Shown here: piece by piece, positions 14,861-25,934 of the stretch | Position numbering within the stretch: position 1 is the first letter of the stretch | How the letters are laid out: each line of letters starts with the position of its first letter | Origin: Mobula hypostoma | Lineage: Eukaryota | Assembly: GCF_963921235.1 (NCBI RefSeq) | Contig: NC_086101.1 | Location: 9,860,001 to 9,924,000 of the forward strand | Direction of reading: 5' to 3' | Length of the DNA: 64,000 bases | The notes under the pieces: generated by a model | What the model was told of the DNA's origin: nothing | Seen by the model: the letters and a program-made list of their open reading frames with translations, nothing else | Database searches by the model: none | Position numbers and translations under genes: made by a program

Positions 14861-15370
14861 CATGCCAGCCCATGGCCTCCTCCACTGATATCATCATGAG
14901 GACACACTAAGGTCAAAGATGAAACACCTCTGGGTAGCCTCCAAACTGATGAACATCGATTTCTCTAATGGTCCACTCTCCTCTCCTATCAGATTCCTTC
15001 TTTTTCAGCCCCTTCAAAAGGAAATCAGCCTGCACTCTACTTTTTTCTTGACTCAGATGCTTGAAGAACTAAAACAAAACAGAAAATGCTTGGAAACCAG
15101 AGCTGGACAGGCAGCGTTTGAGAGGTTTCGGGAGAGGTCATCGACGTGGAATCCAAATGTGTTTCTGTCTCCACAGATACTGACTGACCTGCCGTGTTTT
15201 TCCTGCATTTCCTAGATATAAACTGTGTCCAAAACTGAGCATCTGATTCAACGTAGAGCTTCCGGTTCTACTTATCTTGAAAAATGGAGGAAGTGCTCCT
15301 CATGTTCCGCCAGGGCAGTCTGAAACATGCCGGCATGGACACTGAATTCTCAGATTTCCGGTAGTCACCC
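14690..15370. repeat. Duplicated downstream flank, homologous to about 53640-54275
   Basis: Shared collinear sequence, e.g. ggtccactctcctctcctatcag, aaaacaaaacagaaaatgcttg, catctgattcaac, ctcctca..ccgccagg. Confidence 0.8.
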
Positions 15371-15854
15371 ACCCCTCATCACTTCTCCTATTTAATTTTT
15401 CGGTCTCCTCCTGATCGATCAGCCCCCATCACCCTATCTCTTTCCCCTCCTCCCCCACTCTCTCCATTTTCCCATTACCCCCACTCTTCCCCACCTACCC
15501 CCCCCTTTAATCTGGGCTCCACTTTCCCCTATGTCAGATTCCAAACTCTTCAGCCCTTTGTCAGTGACAACTCTCACCTCCCAACTTCTGACACATTTCC
15601 ACAGTCCACCCCTCCTTCATCTACATATCACCCCATCAACTGGATCCACCAGCCAGCTCTTTCTCCATCCTTCTCTCCACCATCCTGCACTAGTCATCTG
15701 CTCTATGACTTTCAGAGCAGATGAAGGGCTCGAGCTGAAACGTCAACTGTCCGTTTTCCTCCACAGATGTTACCGGACATGCCGGGAGTCTCCGACACTT
15801 TGCGATTTGCCACCACGACATGTCACGTGCTACCAAGATTCACCTCAGAAAAAT

Positions 15855-17020
15855 AGGAACATAGAAAACCTACAGCACAATACAGGCCCTTCGGTCCACA
15901 AAGCTGTGCCAAACATGTCCTTACCTTAGAACTACCTAGGCTTACCCATAGCCCTCTTTCTTTCTAAGCTCCCTGTACCTATCCAGGAGTCTCTTAAAAG
16001 ACCCTATCGTTTCCGCATCCACCGCCGCCGCCGGCAGCCCATTCCAAGCACTCAGTACTCTCTGCATAAAAAACATACCCCTGACGTCTCCTCTGTACCT
16101 ACTTCCAAGCACCTTACAACTATGCCCTCTTGTGCTAGCCATTTCAGCCCTGGGAAAAAGCCGCTGACTGTCCACACGATCAATGCCTCTCATTACCTTG
16201 TACACCTCCATCAGGTCACCTATCATCCTCTATCGCTCCAAGAAGAAAAGGCCGAGTTCCCTCAACCTATTCTCATAAGCCATGATCCCCAATCCAGGCA
16301 ACATCATGGTAAATCTCTTCTGCACCCTTTCTATGGTTTCCACTTCCTTCCTTGTGAAGCGACCAGATCTGAGCACAGTACTCCAAGTGGGGTCTGACCA
16401 GGGTCCTATCTAGCTGCAATATTACCTCTCGGCTCTTAAACTCAATCCCATGATTGATGAAGGCCAGTGCACCGTATGCCTTCTTAACCACAGTCAACCT
16501 GCACAGTAGCTTTGAGTGTCCTATGGACTCGGATCCCAAGATCCCTCTGATCCTCCACACTGCCAAGAGTCTTATCATTAATGCTACAGTCTGCCATCAT
16601 ATTTGACCTACCAAAATGAACCACTTCACACTTATCTGGGTTGAACTCCATCTGCCACTTCTCAGCCCAGTTTTACATCCTATCGATGTCTCTCTGTAAC
16701 CTCTGACAGCCCTCCACACTATCCAAAACACCAACAACCTTCGTGTCATCAGCAAATTTACTAACCCATCCCTCCACTTCCTCATCCAGGTCATTTATAA
16801 AAATTGCAAAAAGAAGGCTAGAACATATCCCTGAGGCACACCACTGGTCACCGACCTCCATGCAGAGTACAACCACTCTTAGCCTTCTGTGGGCAAGCCA
16901 GTTCTGGATCCACAAAGCATGTCCCCTTGGATCCCATGCCTCCTTACTTTCTCAATGAGCCTTGCATGGGGTAACTTATCAAATGCCTTGCTAAAATCCA
17001 TATACACTACTTCTACATCA
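15855..17020 (-). mobile_element. CR1 LINE 3' portion, decayed
   Basis: SKFADDTK, LVRPHLEYCAQ and TRGHS motifs in ORFs 16673-16915, 16273-16578 and 15942-16226. Confidence 0.9.
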
Positions 17021-17210
17021 ACCACCTTGATCTCCCTCTTCCACTCAGCACAACCACCACTTGCCCCAGTTAACTCTGCCGGTGGACTTTAGAACCCGGG
17101 GTTATCAGGACCCGCCGCCTGCGGCTGCTGTTGAATCCGCAGCGTTTCTCTTCCGTTGATGTATGAAGTGAACAAGTTAAAATTAATGGATCGATAATTC
17201 TCACATCGTG

Positions 17211-17216
17211 TTTATT
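17211..17216 (-). promoter_or_regulatory. Candidate polyadenylation signal AATAAA of TRIM gene A
   Basis: Plus-strand tttatt about 65 nt downstream of the stop codon. Confidence 0.55.
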
Positions 17217-17280
17217 TCACTCTCTACACGTTTATATTTACATTGACTTACTCCTGATGCTGGTCCCAGACCCGACCCAT

Positions 17281-18263
17281 TTACAGACCCGGAGCGGAAC
17301 TGGAGCAGATTCTCAGCCACTTGTTTTCATCCCAAGTCGCGAAGAAAGGATAAAGTTTCTCTGTGAATTTATTCCCAGTGAAGGTGTGGAGATGGGACTT
17401 GGTCTCCGCGTTGTAAAATGAAACTGTCCCAGACTCGTAACTAAGATAAACTCCCACCCTCCCGGGGATGGGACCGGCAGGGAGACGGGACACAGGGGAG
17501 GTGAGAACATTGATCATGTGATCATCCCGCCTGATGATCCAGAATCCAGTCTCCGGTCTCAGTCCGACCCATCTTTTCCTCTCAACGGACTCTGCGGCGA
17601 CTCCCAGACTCCAGTCACCATTCCCCACCACCTCCACCTCCCAGTAGTATCTCCCCAATGCGAATCCCTCCGATCCCAGCACAATTCCCCCCACTTGCGA
17701 TGCCTCATTCCCTTTCAAGTCCACCACGCCCTCTGACTCCACATCCTCTTCCAACTCCACATCCCCCTCTGACTCCACATCCCCCTCTGACTCCACATTC
17801 CCTTCCGACTCCACATCCTCTTCCAACTCCACATCCCCTTCCGACTCCACATCCCCTTCTGACTCCACATTCCCTTCCGACTCCACGTCCCCTTCCGATT
17901 CCTCATTCCCTTCCCACTCCACATTCTCTTCCCACTCCACATTCTCTTCCCACTCCACATTCTCTTTCCACTCCACACCCCCTTCCGACTCCACGTCCCC
18001 TTCTGACTCCTCATTCTCTTCCCACTCCTCATCCATTTCCGACCCCTCATCCCCTACCGACTCCACGTCACCTTCCAACTCCACATCTCCCTCCAATTCC
18101 ACATCCCCTGCCGATGAGTGCTCGGAGCGGAGGCATTCATAGTCTGTGAACCTCTTCCCGGTGTCAGGGAGATCCCTCCAGGTCCCGGTGAATCTCACAC
18201 TCTTCCGATCCTCAGACACCTCAAGCGCTGGATGCGCCGTTTCCACATCCAGGGTGACAGAGA
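17281..18263 (-). CDS. TRIM gene A, exon 6: B30.2 (PRY-SPRY) domain with 150-aa acidic repeat insertion
   Basis: cttctccccccag|TCTCTGTCACCCTGGAT; VSVTLDVETAHPALEVSEDRKSV, VLGSEGF, YWEVEV, GRVGVYLSYESGTVSFYN, LYPFF motifs; TAA at 17283-17281. Confidence 0.95.
17695..18108 (-). repeat. Coding 18-bp minisatellite, 23 units, hexapeptide GDVESE/GDVELE/ENVEWE
   Basis: Plus-strand units such as ttccgactccacatcccc repeat in an exact 18-nt register inside exon 6. Confidence 0.95.
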
Positions 18264-19069
18264 CTGGGGGGAGAAGCAGAGAATTAGAGAGTCCCCAGGG
18301 ATTCGGGGGAGACCCATGCAGCGCGGCCCCAGGACTGGGGGAGGGGCCGCTGGGCCTCAGGTCACAGTCGGGTAGCCAACAGAAACCATTCCCGGACATT
18401 CACCCCATCTATAGCGAATGCACAATCAACATTTTCCGGGTTTTTCCTCCGGAATGGAGAGCAGAGTTTTCCCATTCAACGCACACTCACAGTTCTGGAG
18501 GAGGTCGAGCAGCATGCGTGGAGGGAGATGACAACTGATGTCTCAAGCCGAGACCTTTCATCAAGAATGGAAAAAAAGATGGGAGATAGCCAGTGGAAAC
18601 GGATGTGAGGAAGGAATGGAAGAAAAGCCAGATGCAGATAAGGATGGGGTGACTGAATAAGTGAGACGTTTAAAGCGGAAGTCAGGGAGGCTTTTCAGCC
18701 GAATTCAGCAGTGCTAACCAAAAGGAGAAACTGGATAAGTTGGGGATATTTCCCTGGATCGTTGGATGTTGAGAGGTGACCCGTTATTGAGGTATATAGT
18801 ATCATGAGGGGCAGAGGTAAGATGTCGACTCGTCTTCTTCCCCAGAATGGGGAGTCCAAAACCAGAGGGCATAGAGTGAATGTGAGAGGGCAATGTTTTT
18901 AAGGCCTCAACAGGGCAACTTTCTCACTGTGAGGGAGGTGGGAATATGTGGAACTCGCAGCCAGAGGAAGCCATAGAAACATGTGTCATTAAAGTAATTT
19001 AAAATAAATTTAGACATGTACAATGATAGGAAATAGTTAGAAGGATATGGGACAAACACATGGAAATCC

Positions 19070-19646
19070 CTGAACTCCTCCATCCTGATCAAAAAGGCGC
19101 AACAGTGCCTTTATTTCCTGCGGAGCATGAAGAAAGCTCACCTCTGTCCCAGGATACTGACGGACTTTTACCGCTGTACCATTGAGAGCATACTCACCAA
19201 CTGCATCTCAGTGTGGTATGGCAATTGTCCCATATCGGACCGCAAAGCACTCCAGCGTGTGGTGAAAACTGCCCAGTGGATTATTGGCACCCAATTGCCC
19301 ACCATTGAGAACATCTACCATAAACGCTGCCTGGGCAGGTGGAAAAGCATTATCAGGGATGCATCTCACCCTAACCATGGACTTTTTACTCTCCTCCAGC
19401 AGGCACAGGAAGAGCTTTTTCCCTGAGGCTGTGACACTGCTGAACCTCTCATCACAGCGCTAAGCAGTATTGCACCCGTATTGTACTGTCTCAGTACTTT
19501 TATATTTGTGTGCTGTAGCACTTTATTTATTCACAGTTATTTTGTAATTAACATTATTCTTTGCATTTCTGGTCAGATGCTAAATGCATTTCATTGGCTT
19601 TGTATCTCTACTTGGCACAATGACAATAAAGTCTAATCTAATCTAA
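19070..19646 (+). mobile_element. Rex1/Babar-like LINE 3' fragment
   Basis: FYRCTIESILTNCISVWYG..RKALQRVVKTA..DASHP.H.LF; aataaa followed by (tctaa)n tail; related minus-strand remnants near 1190-1610, 5220-5460, 10830-11110 and 11540-12270. Confidence 0.8.
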
Positions 19647-19799
19647 ATGGGACTCTCTCAGGAACATACAAGTCTTCAGCACATTACAGGCCTTTCGGCC
19701 CACAATGTTGTGCCTACTCTAGAAACTGCCTAGAATTTCCCTAGTGCATAGCCCTCTATTTATCTAAGCTCCACTTACCTATCTAAGAATCTCTTAAAA

Positions 19800-20595
19800 C
19801 AGGGGTCCCCAACCTTTTTTGCACCGCGGACCGGTTTAATATTGACAATATTCTTGCGGACCGGCCGACCGGGGTTGGGGGGAGGGTGGTGTTTAGGTAG
19901 GGTTAAACTCACCTCAACATGCCTTTTACAGTTAGAGTTGCCAACTTTCTCACTCCCAAATAAGGGACAAAAGTAGCAGTCAAATCCCGGGACACTTTAC
20001 CCCAGGAAAGACGACCATGACCATGAAGCCTTGAGCGAGCACCTGTGTGCGCATGCGCATACGTGATGAGCACATGCACGTACGTGCCGATTTTTTCCCC
20101 CACAAATCGGTTTTGCCTTCATCTTCCCGACTATACGATACTTACATTATTTCTGCTATATATAGGCTGTGTATTTATCATATCATTCCTGCTTTTACTA
20201 TATGTTAGTGTTATTTGGTATGATTTGGTAGGTTTTTTTTGGCTCTGGGAACACTCAAAAATTTTTCCCATATAATTAATGGTAATTGCTTCTTTGCTTC
20301 ACGCCATTTCAGCACAAAAGGTTTCATAGGAATGCTCTACCTTAGCGGGGGAAATACGGGACAAGGGTGGTCCGTATGGGACAAACCAATTTAGCCCAAT
20401 ATACGGGATGTCCCGGCAAATACGGGACAGTTGGCAACCCTACGTTCAAGTTCAACAGTGCGTGACAGGGAATGAGGAGAGGTGCAGCTGACTCATATCG
20501 TTTCATATTACCAAATCATATCGTTTCCTCGTGGCCCGGTAGCACATGCTCTGCGGCCCAGTACTGGTCCGCAGCCCGGTGGGTGAGGACTGCTG
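19800..20595 (+). mobile_element. hAT non-autonomous element with 8-bp TSD
   Basis: Termini caggggtccccaacc ... gggtgaggactgctg; TSD TCTTAAAA at 19792-19799 and 20596-20603. Confidence 0.88.
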
Positions 20596-21840
20596 TCTTA
20601 AAAAACCCTATTGTATCCACCTCCACCACTGTCACCAGCGGTATATTCTGTGCACTCACCACTCTCTGTGTGAAAAAATAACCCCTGACATCCCCTCTGC
20701 ACCTACTTCCAAGCACCTTAAAATATACCCCTTATGTTAGCCATTTCAGTCCTGGGGAAAAGCCTCTGGCTATCCTTACGATCAATGCCTCTTATACATC
20801 TTATACACCTCTATCAGTTCATTTCTGATCCCCTGTTGCTCCGAGGAGAAAGGGCCAAGTTTACTCAAACTACTTTCATAAGGCACAGTGGTCACCGACC
20901 TCCATGCAGATATGAACTATCTACAACCTCCCTTTCCCTTCTGTGGGGAAGCCAATTCTGGATCTGCAAAGCACGGGGTCTCCTTGGATTTCATGCCTCC
21001 TTACTTTTTGAATGAACCTTGCATGGGGAACCTTATCAAATGCCTTACTGAAATCTATATACACTACATCCACTGCTCTACCTTCATCAACATGTTTTGT
21101 TACATCCTTAAAAAATTCAGTCAGGCTCGGAAGGCACGACCTGCCCTTGATGACACCATGCTGATATCAGATTATGTCTCTCCAAATGCTCATAAATCCT
21201 GCTTCTCAGGATCTTCTCCAACAACTTGCCCACCACTGAAGTAAGACCCTCTGGCCTATAATTTCCAGGGTTATCTCTACTCTCTTTCTTGAACAAGGGA
21301 ACAACATTTGCAACCCTCCAATCCTCCAGTACTTCTCCTTTCCCTATTGATGATGCAAAGATCATCACCAAAGGCTCAGAAATCTCCTCACTCACTTCTC
21401 ACAGTAGTCTGGGGTATATCTCGTCCAGTCCCAGCGACCTATCTAACTTAATGCTTTTCAAAAGCTCCAGCACATCCTCTTTCTTAATGGCTGTATGCTC
21501 AAGCGTTTCAGTCCACTGTAAGTAATCGCCACAATTGCCAAGTTCCTTTACCCTGGTGAATGCTAAAGCAACTCATTCATTAAGTACCTCCACGACTTCC
21601 TCCAACTCAATTCACATGTTTCCACCACTGCACGCGATTGTTCCTATTTTCACATGTCTCATCCTCTCACTCTTCACATACCTGCAGAATGCATTGGGTT
21701 TTTCCTTAATCCAGCTCGCCAAGGTCTTCTAAGCCCCTTCTAGCTCTCCTGATTTCATTCTTAACCTTCTTCCTGGCAAACTTGTAATTTTCTAGACCTC
21801 TGTCAGTACTTAGTTTCTTGAACCTTTCCTTTTCTTCTTA

Positions 21841-22159
21841 CGAGGGGTGATTGATAAGTTTGTGGCCTAAGGTAGACAGAGATGAATTATTAACTTCAAA
21901 CTTTCTGCATAATCACTCAGAGTTGAACTGCATGTGCATGTAATGAGAGCTGTATAACTCATCTCCTTCTACCTTAGGCCACAAACTTATCAATCACCCC
22001 TGATGTGGACACTTTCTGGAGGTCCAAGATCCATATTCTCCACGACCGCTGGGCTAAGTGTGTAAATGTTGGAGGGGACTGTGGTGAAAAATAAATGTGC
22101 TAGGTTTTCTAAAATTGACTCCTTCTACCTTAGGCCACAAACCTAACAATCACCCCTCG
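21841..22159 (+). mobile_element. Mariner-derived MITE with TA TSD
   Basis: TIR cgaggggtgattgataagtttgtggcctaaggtag and its near-perfect inverse; TA on both sides; internal transposase C-terminus LHDRWAKCVNVGGDCGEK*. Confidence 0.88.
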
Positions 22160-24126
22160 TAACTGGTTTCCACATCCTTTGTACACCATGGTTCTTTTAC
22201 CCTCCCTCAATGGAAGATACCTATGTAGAACACCATGTAAATGTTCCCTGAACATTTGCCACATTTCTGCCGTGCATTTCCCTGAGCACATCTGCTCCCA
22301 AGTTCCTGCCTAACAGCATCATATTTCCCCCGACCCCAATTAAATGTTTTCCCAAATCGTCTGCTCCTATCCCACTCCAAAGCTATGGAAAAGGAGATAG
22401 AGTTGTGATCACTACCTCCAAAATGCATCCCACCAAGAGATCTGACACTTGACCAGGTACATTTCCCAATACCAGATCAATTACAGCCTCTCCTCTAGTT
22501 GGCTTATCTACATATTGCATCAGGAAACATTCCTGGACATACCTAACAAACTCCACCATATCTAAACCCCTTGCTGTAAGGAGATGCCAGTCGATATTCG
22601 GAAATCACAATCACAACAACCCTTTAATTATCGCACTGTTCCAGAATCTGCCTCATTATCTACTCCTCGATGTCCCTGTTATTATTAGTGGGTCTATAAA
22701 AACACCCAGTGGAGTTATTGCCCCTTCCTGTTTCTAACTTCTACCCACAGAAACTCAGCAGATAATCCATGACTTCCTCCTTTTCTGCAGCCGTGACACA
22801 TGATTAGCTCTGCCACGCCTCCACCTCTTTTGCCTCCCTCCCTGTCCTTCTTGAAACATCGAAAGCCTGGCATACTCAGCAGCCATTCTTGCTCCTGAGA
22901 CATCCAAGTCTCTATAATCACCATGACATCAGAGTTCCACATATTAATCCACGTTCTAAGTTCATCCGCCTTGTTTATGATACTACTTGCATTAACTTAG
23001 ACACATCTCAAACCATCAGGCTGAATTCATATTTGCTCTATCATCTGCCTATTCCTCCTCACAAACTCTCTGCAAGGTCTCTACTTGAGCACCAACTGCC
23101 CCATCCTTTGCTTTCCACTTTGGTTCCCACCCCCCTACAAATCTAGTTTGAACCCTCCCCAATAGTATTAGCAAACCGCCCTGCCAGGATATTGGTCTCT
23201 CTTGGATTCAAGTGCAACCCGTCCTTTTTGTACAGGTCGCACCTGCCCCAGAAGAGGTCCCAATGATCCAGAATCTGAATCCCTGTCCCCTTCTCCAATT
23301 CTTCAGCCACGCATTTATCTGCCACCTCATTCTGTTACTATCCTCACTGTCGCGTGGCACAGATTACTACCCTTGATGTCCTGCTTCTCAGCTTCCTTCC
23401 TAACTCCCTGTATTCTCAGGATTTCTCCCTTTTTCAACCTATGTCATTGGTAACAATATGTACCATGATCTCGGGCTGCTCATCCTCCCATTTCAGGATG
23501 CGCTCAGAAACATCACAAACCCTGGCGCCTGGGAGACAAACTACCAACCATGTTTCTTTCTCACACCCACAGAATCACCCATCTGTCCCGCTAACTATAC
23601 AGTCCCCAAGACATCTTAGTCCAGATGGATGAGATGGGCCGTGGGTTCATCATCTGCCAAAACCCCTCCCATATTATCCTCCTGAGGAATCTCACCCTGG
23701 AGTCTGTCTGTGAACTGTAGATGTGATGCCAGTTCAGAGGACAGTTCAGTTCCACAAAACAAGCACATTGGATAAAGGCAGAACATTTCATTCTCAAATG
23801 TAAACTTGTGTCTATGTCTCTGACGATGTGTCCCAGTCTGATGATGCATGTGGATATGTCATCGTGGTTTTCTCTATGTGTGTGTGTGTTGACTGAGGAA
23901 AATATCAGTGTGTACATATTGAAGGTGAGTGTGCACAGAAGTATTTATGTTACAGTGTGTCATCACATGTCCAGTGTGTGTTCACAATGTATGACATGTG
24001 TGAGTTGCTCAAGTAAAATTGTTCACTCTGTCTGAAGAGAATGGCTTCCACGTTACTGAGGGAACTAACAATGTGCAATGCTGAGGCTCTGACTACAATC
24101 TATCAATCATCCTTGTGCATGTGTGT

Positions 24127-24207
24127 GAGGGAGATTTGCCAGGCTGGTTACATGAGGGAGATTTGCCAGGCTGGTTACATGAGGGAGATTTGCCAGGCTG
24201 GTTACAT
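24127..24207 (+). repeat. Perfect 27-bp tandem repeat x3
   Basis: gagggagatttgccaggctggttacat at 24127, 24154 and 24181. Confidence 0.95.
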
Positions 24208-24310
24208 GATCTTCTCCCATCGTTCACCGAGGTCAATGCTGATCAGTGTGTCCGGGCTCAGTCTGACGATGCGTCAATGTGGTGGTTTGATAACAACAGT
24301 GAGACTCGCG

Positions 24311-24329
24311 AGTCCAGCAGGGGGCAGAG
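24311..24329 (+). promoter_or_regulatory. CTCF-like motif in TRIM A intron 5
   Basis: AGTCCAGCAGGGGGCAGAG matches the CCASYAGRKGGCR core. Confidence 0.5.
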
Positions 24330-24767
24330 TTGAGTCAATCAGACTGCGGTCACGGACAGGTCAGACAGGGTGAGTGGCTCGAAGGACTGGTGTATTTTTC
24401 TGACAATCCCTGTCACCACAGTGATACCAGCTTTCCTCTCCTTTAATGCCATTAACTGAATATTAACTCCAGAGCTACTGTTTCAGAATTCAAACTTATG
24501 CTTTAGTGTGTTTGTCCAGTGCGAATGGGATCACGATGCAGTGGTTCGCCTCACAGTCCCATTAATTGGTTGTATTTTGCCCCAGTGTTGGTGTGGGCAG
24601 GGGTCTGACATCTCCAGCTGACCACGTGACAATGATGCCACCCAGCAGGTGGGGTTGGTGCCGAAATATACTTCACTTCCCCTTCAGCCTATTATTGCAG
24701 CCAAATTTTGTGTCTAATTATAACTTAATTGTGTCTCATAAAGAAGGAGAAATGAATTTCACTTTAC

Positions 24768-24886
24768 CTCGTTTAATGCCGTCAATCAATTCTCCTAATT
24801 CTGTGTTGAACAAATAGGGGTGATGGAATTTTTCAGCCAGTAGGGCACCATCTGTCACTGACAATGTCTGGGTGTCATCATTGATC
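24768..24886 (-). CDS. TRIM gene A, exon 5 (119 nt, linker 2)
   Basis: aatatttacag|GATCAAT...AAACGAG|gtaaag; (R)INDDTQTLSVTDGALLAEKFHHPYLFNTELGELIDGIKR; phases 2/1 join exon 4 to exon 6 in frame. Confidence 0.88.
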
Positions 24887-24982
24887 CTGTAAATATTATA
24901 CAGCTGGTTATAAACTGAGCATCAGTGATATTTGAACTATTTTACAAATCCATACAGAGTTTCAGTGAAGACCATGTCCTAC

Positions 24983-25005
24983 CTCCTCTTCCGACGAGCT
25001 TCCTC
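24983..25005 (-). CDS. TRIM gene A, exon 4 (23-nt microexon)
   Basis: tttatttatttcag|GAGGAAGCTCGTCGGAAGAGGAG|gtagga; EEARRKR+AG; a 23-nt exon is characteristic of this TRIM class. Confidence 0.88.
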
Positions 25006-25934
25006 CTGAAATAAATAAAACACAGATTGAGACTGACAGTCAGTATCCTGACAGCAGGAATTTGAGGTAAGTTTTTACAAGCTCCTGAAAATTCCCACTG
25101 ACACAAATGGCGAAAGAGGGACACAGAACCACTGGAGAAAGTAAAAGGAATGTTTATGAAAATTATACCATAACTCAGAGGATGGAACTTACAGGAGAGA
25201 CTGGACATTTTGTGCGTTCTTATCTGGATATGATGTCAGGGAGGATCAGGCATAGGAATTTGGCATTCCGAATGCATTTGATGGGGTGGGAGTGGAGAAA
25301 ATGCTTCTGCTTCTGTGGAGACTAAGTGTGACCCAGGTAAATTGCATCCAAAGTTGTAATGTTAGAAAGTTCTACCTGTGGAGGAATGAAAACGAGGTTT
25401 ACCAATTTTAAAAAAAGAAGAATTTGGAAAAAAAATGCTACACGAGGGTGAGGCGGGCTGGACACAGGACGGACAAGGAGAGAAAAGCAGCAACGATTAG
25501 AAGCTGAAGACATGAACTGTTAAGTGGAATTAGTAGTCAGTATATTTACCCTTCTAATTTGAAACCCTCAGGGTGAAACACCTGGAGGAGAGACAAAAGC
25601 GATAAAAGATTTATTGAAGCTACAGCTATGACATGCAGCAGTTTTAACGAGAATATATCGGCAGAGATTAGTGTCCAACATCCCTGCCGTGTAGTCTGGA
25701 ATTAGTTCTGCAAAATCATACCAAGAGATTTGGTCAAGTTTTTGTACAAGTTTGTGAACTGACTTACTGTGGATGATAAACTATTTCATTCCAATGAAAC
25801 AAGAAACAAAATGGCGAGCCACCCAGGATGAAGAACCAGTGCGGGAACGAAACGTGTAATGACGCAGAGGATTTAATATGTTTGGATGTATTAAGTTATT
25901 TTCATTCGAAGAATCCGAATTTGATTTTAAGACT

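Larger units (their letters stand above)
19670..23590 (-). mobile_element. Decayed CR1 (ORF1-EN-RT with internal deletions) interrupted by hAT and mariner elements
   Basis: DGLHLNP, KRGGGVA, GSDHNSI and VPLFKK..PGNYRP motifs in order on the minus strand. Confidence 0.85.

Noticed and set aside
17695..18108. CRISPR-like array, or an unrecognised intron within exon 6
   Set aside because: Units are contiguous with no unique spacers in a eukaryotic exon; I found no convincing GT donor at the insert start, and the purine-rich insert lacks a polypyrimidine tract
17658..18149. Pro/His/Thr-rich plus-strand ORF and RKGMWS-repeat alternative-frame ORF
   Set aside because: By-products of the 18-bp repeat; only the B30.2 frame has domain context and splice support
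18264..18399. N-terminal 45 aa of the 372-aa ORF (and 56222-56627 of the 312-aa ORF) as coding sequence
   Set aside because: Intronic read-through upstream of a clear polypyrimidine-AG acceptor; exon 5 splices in frame at 18263
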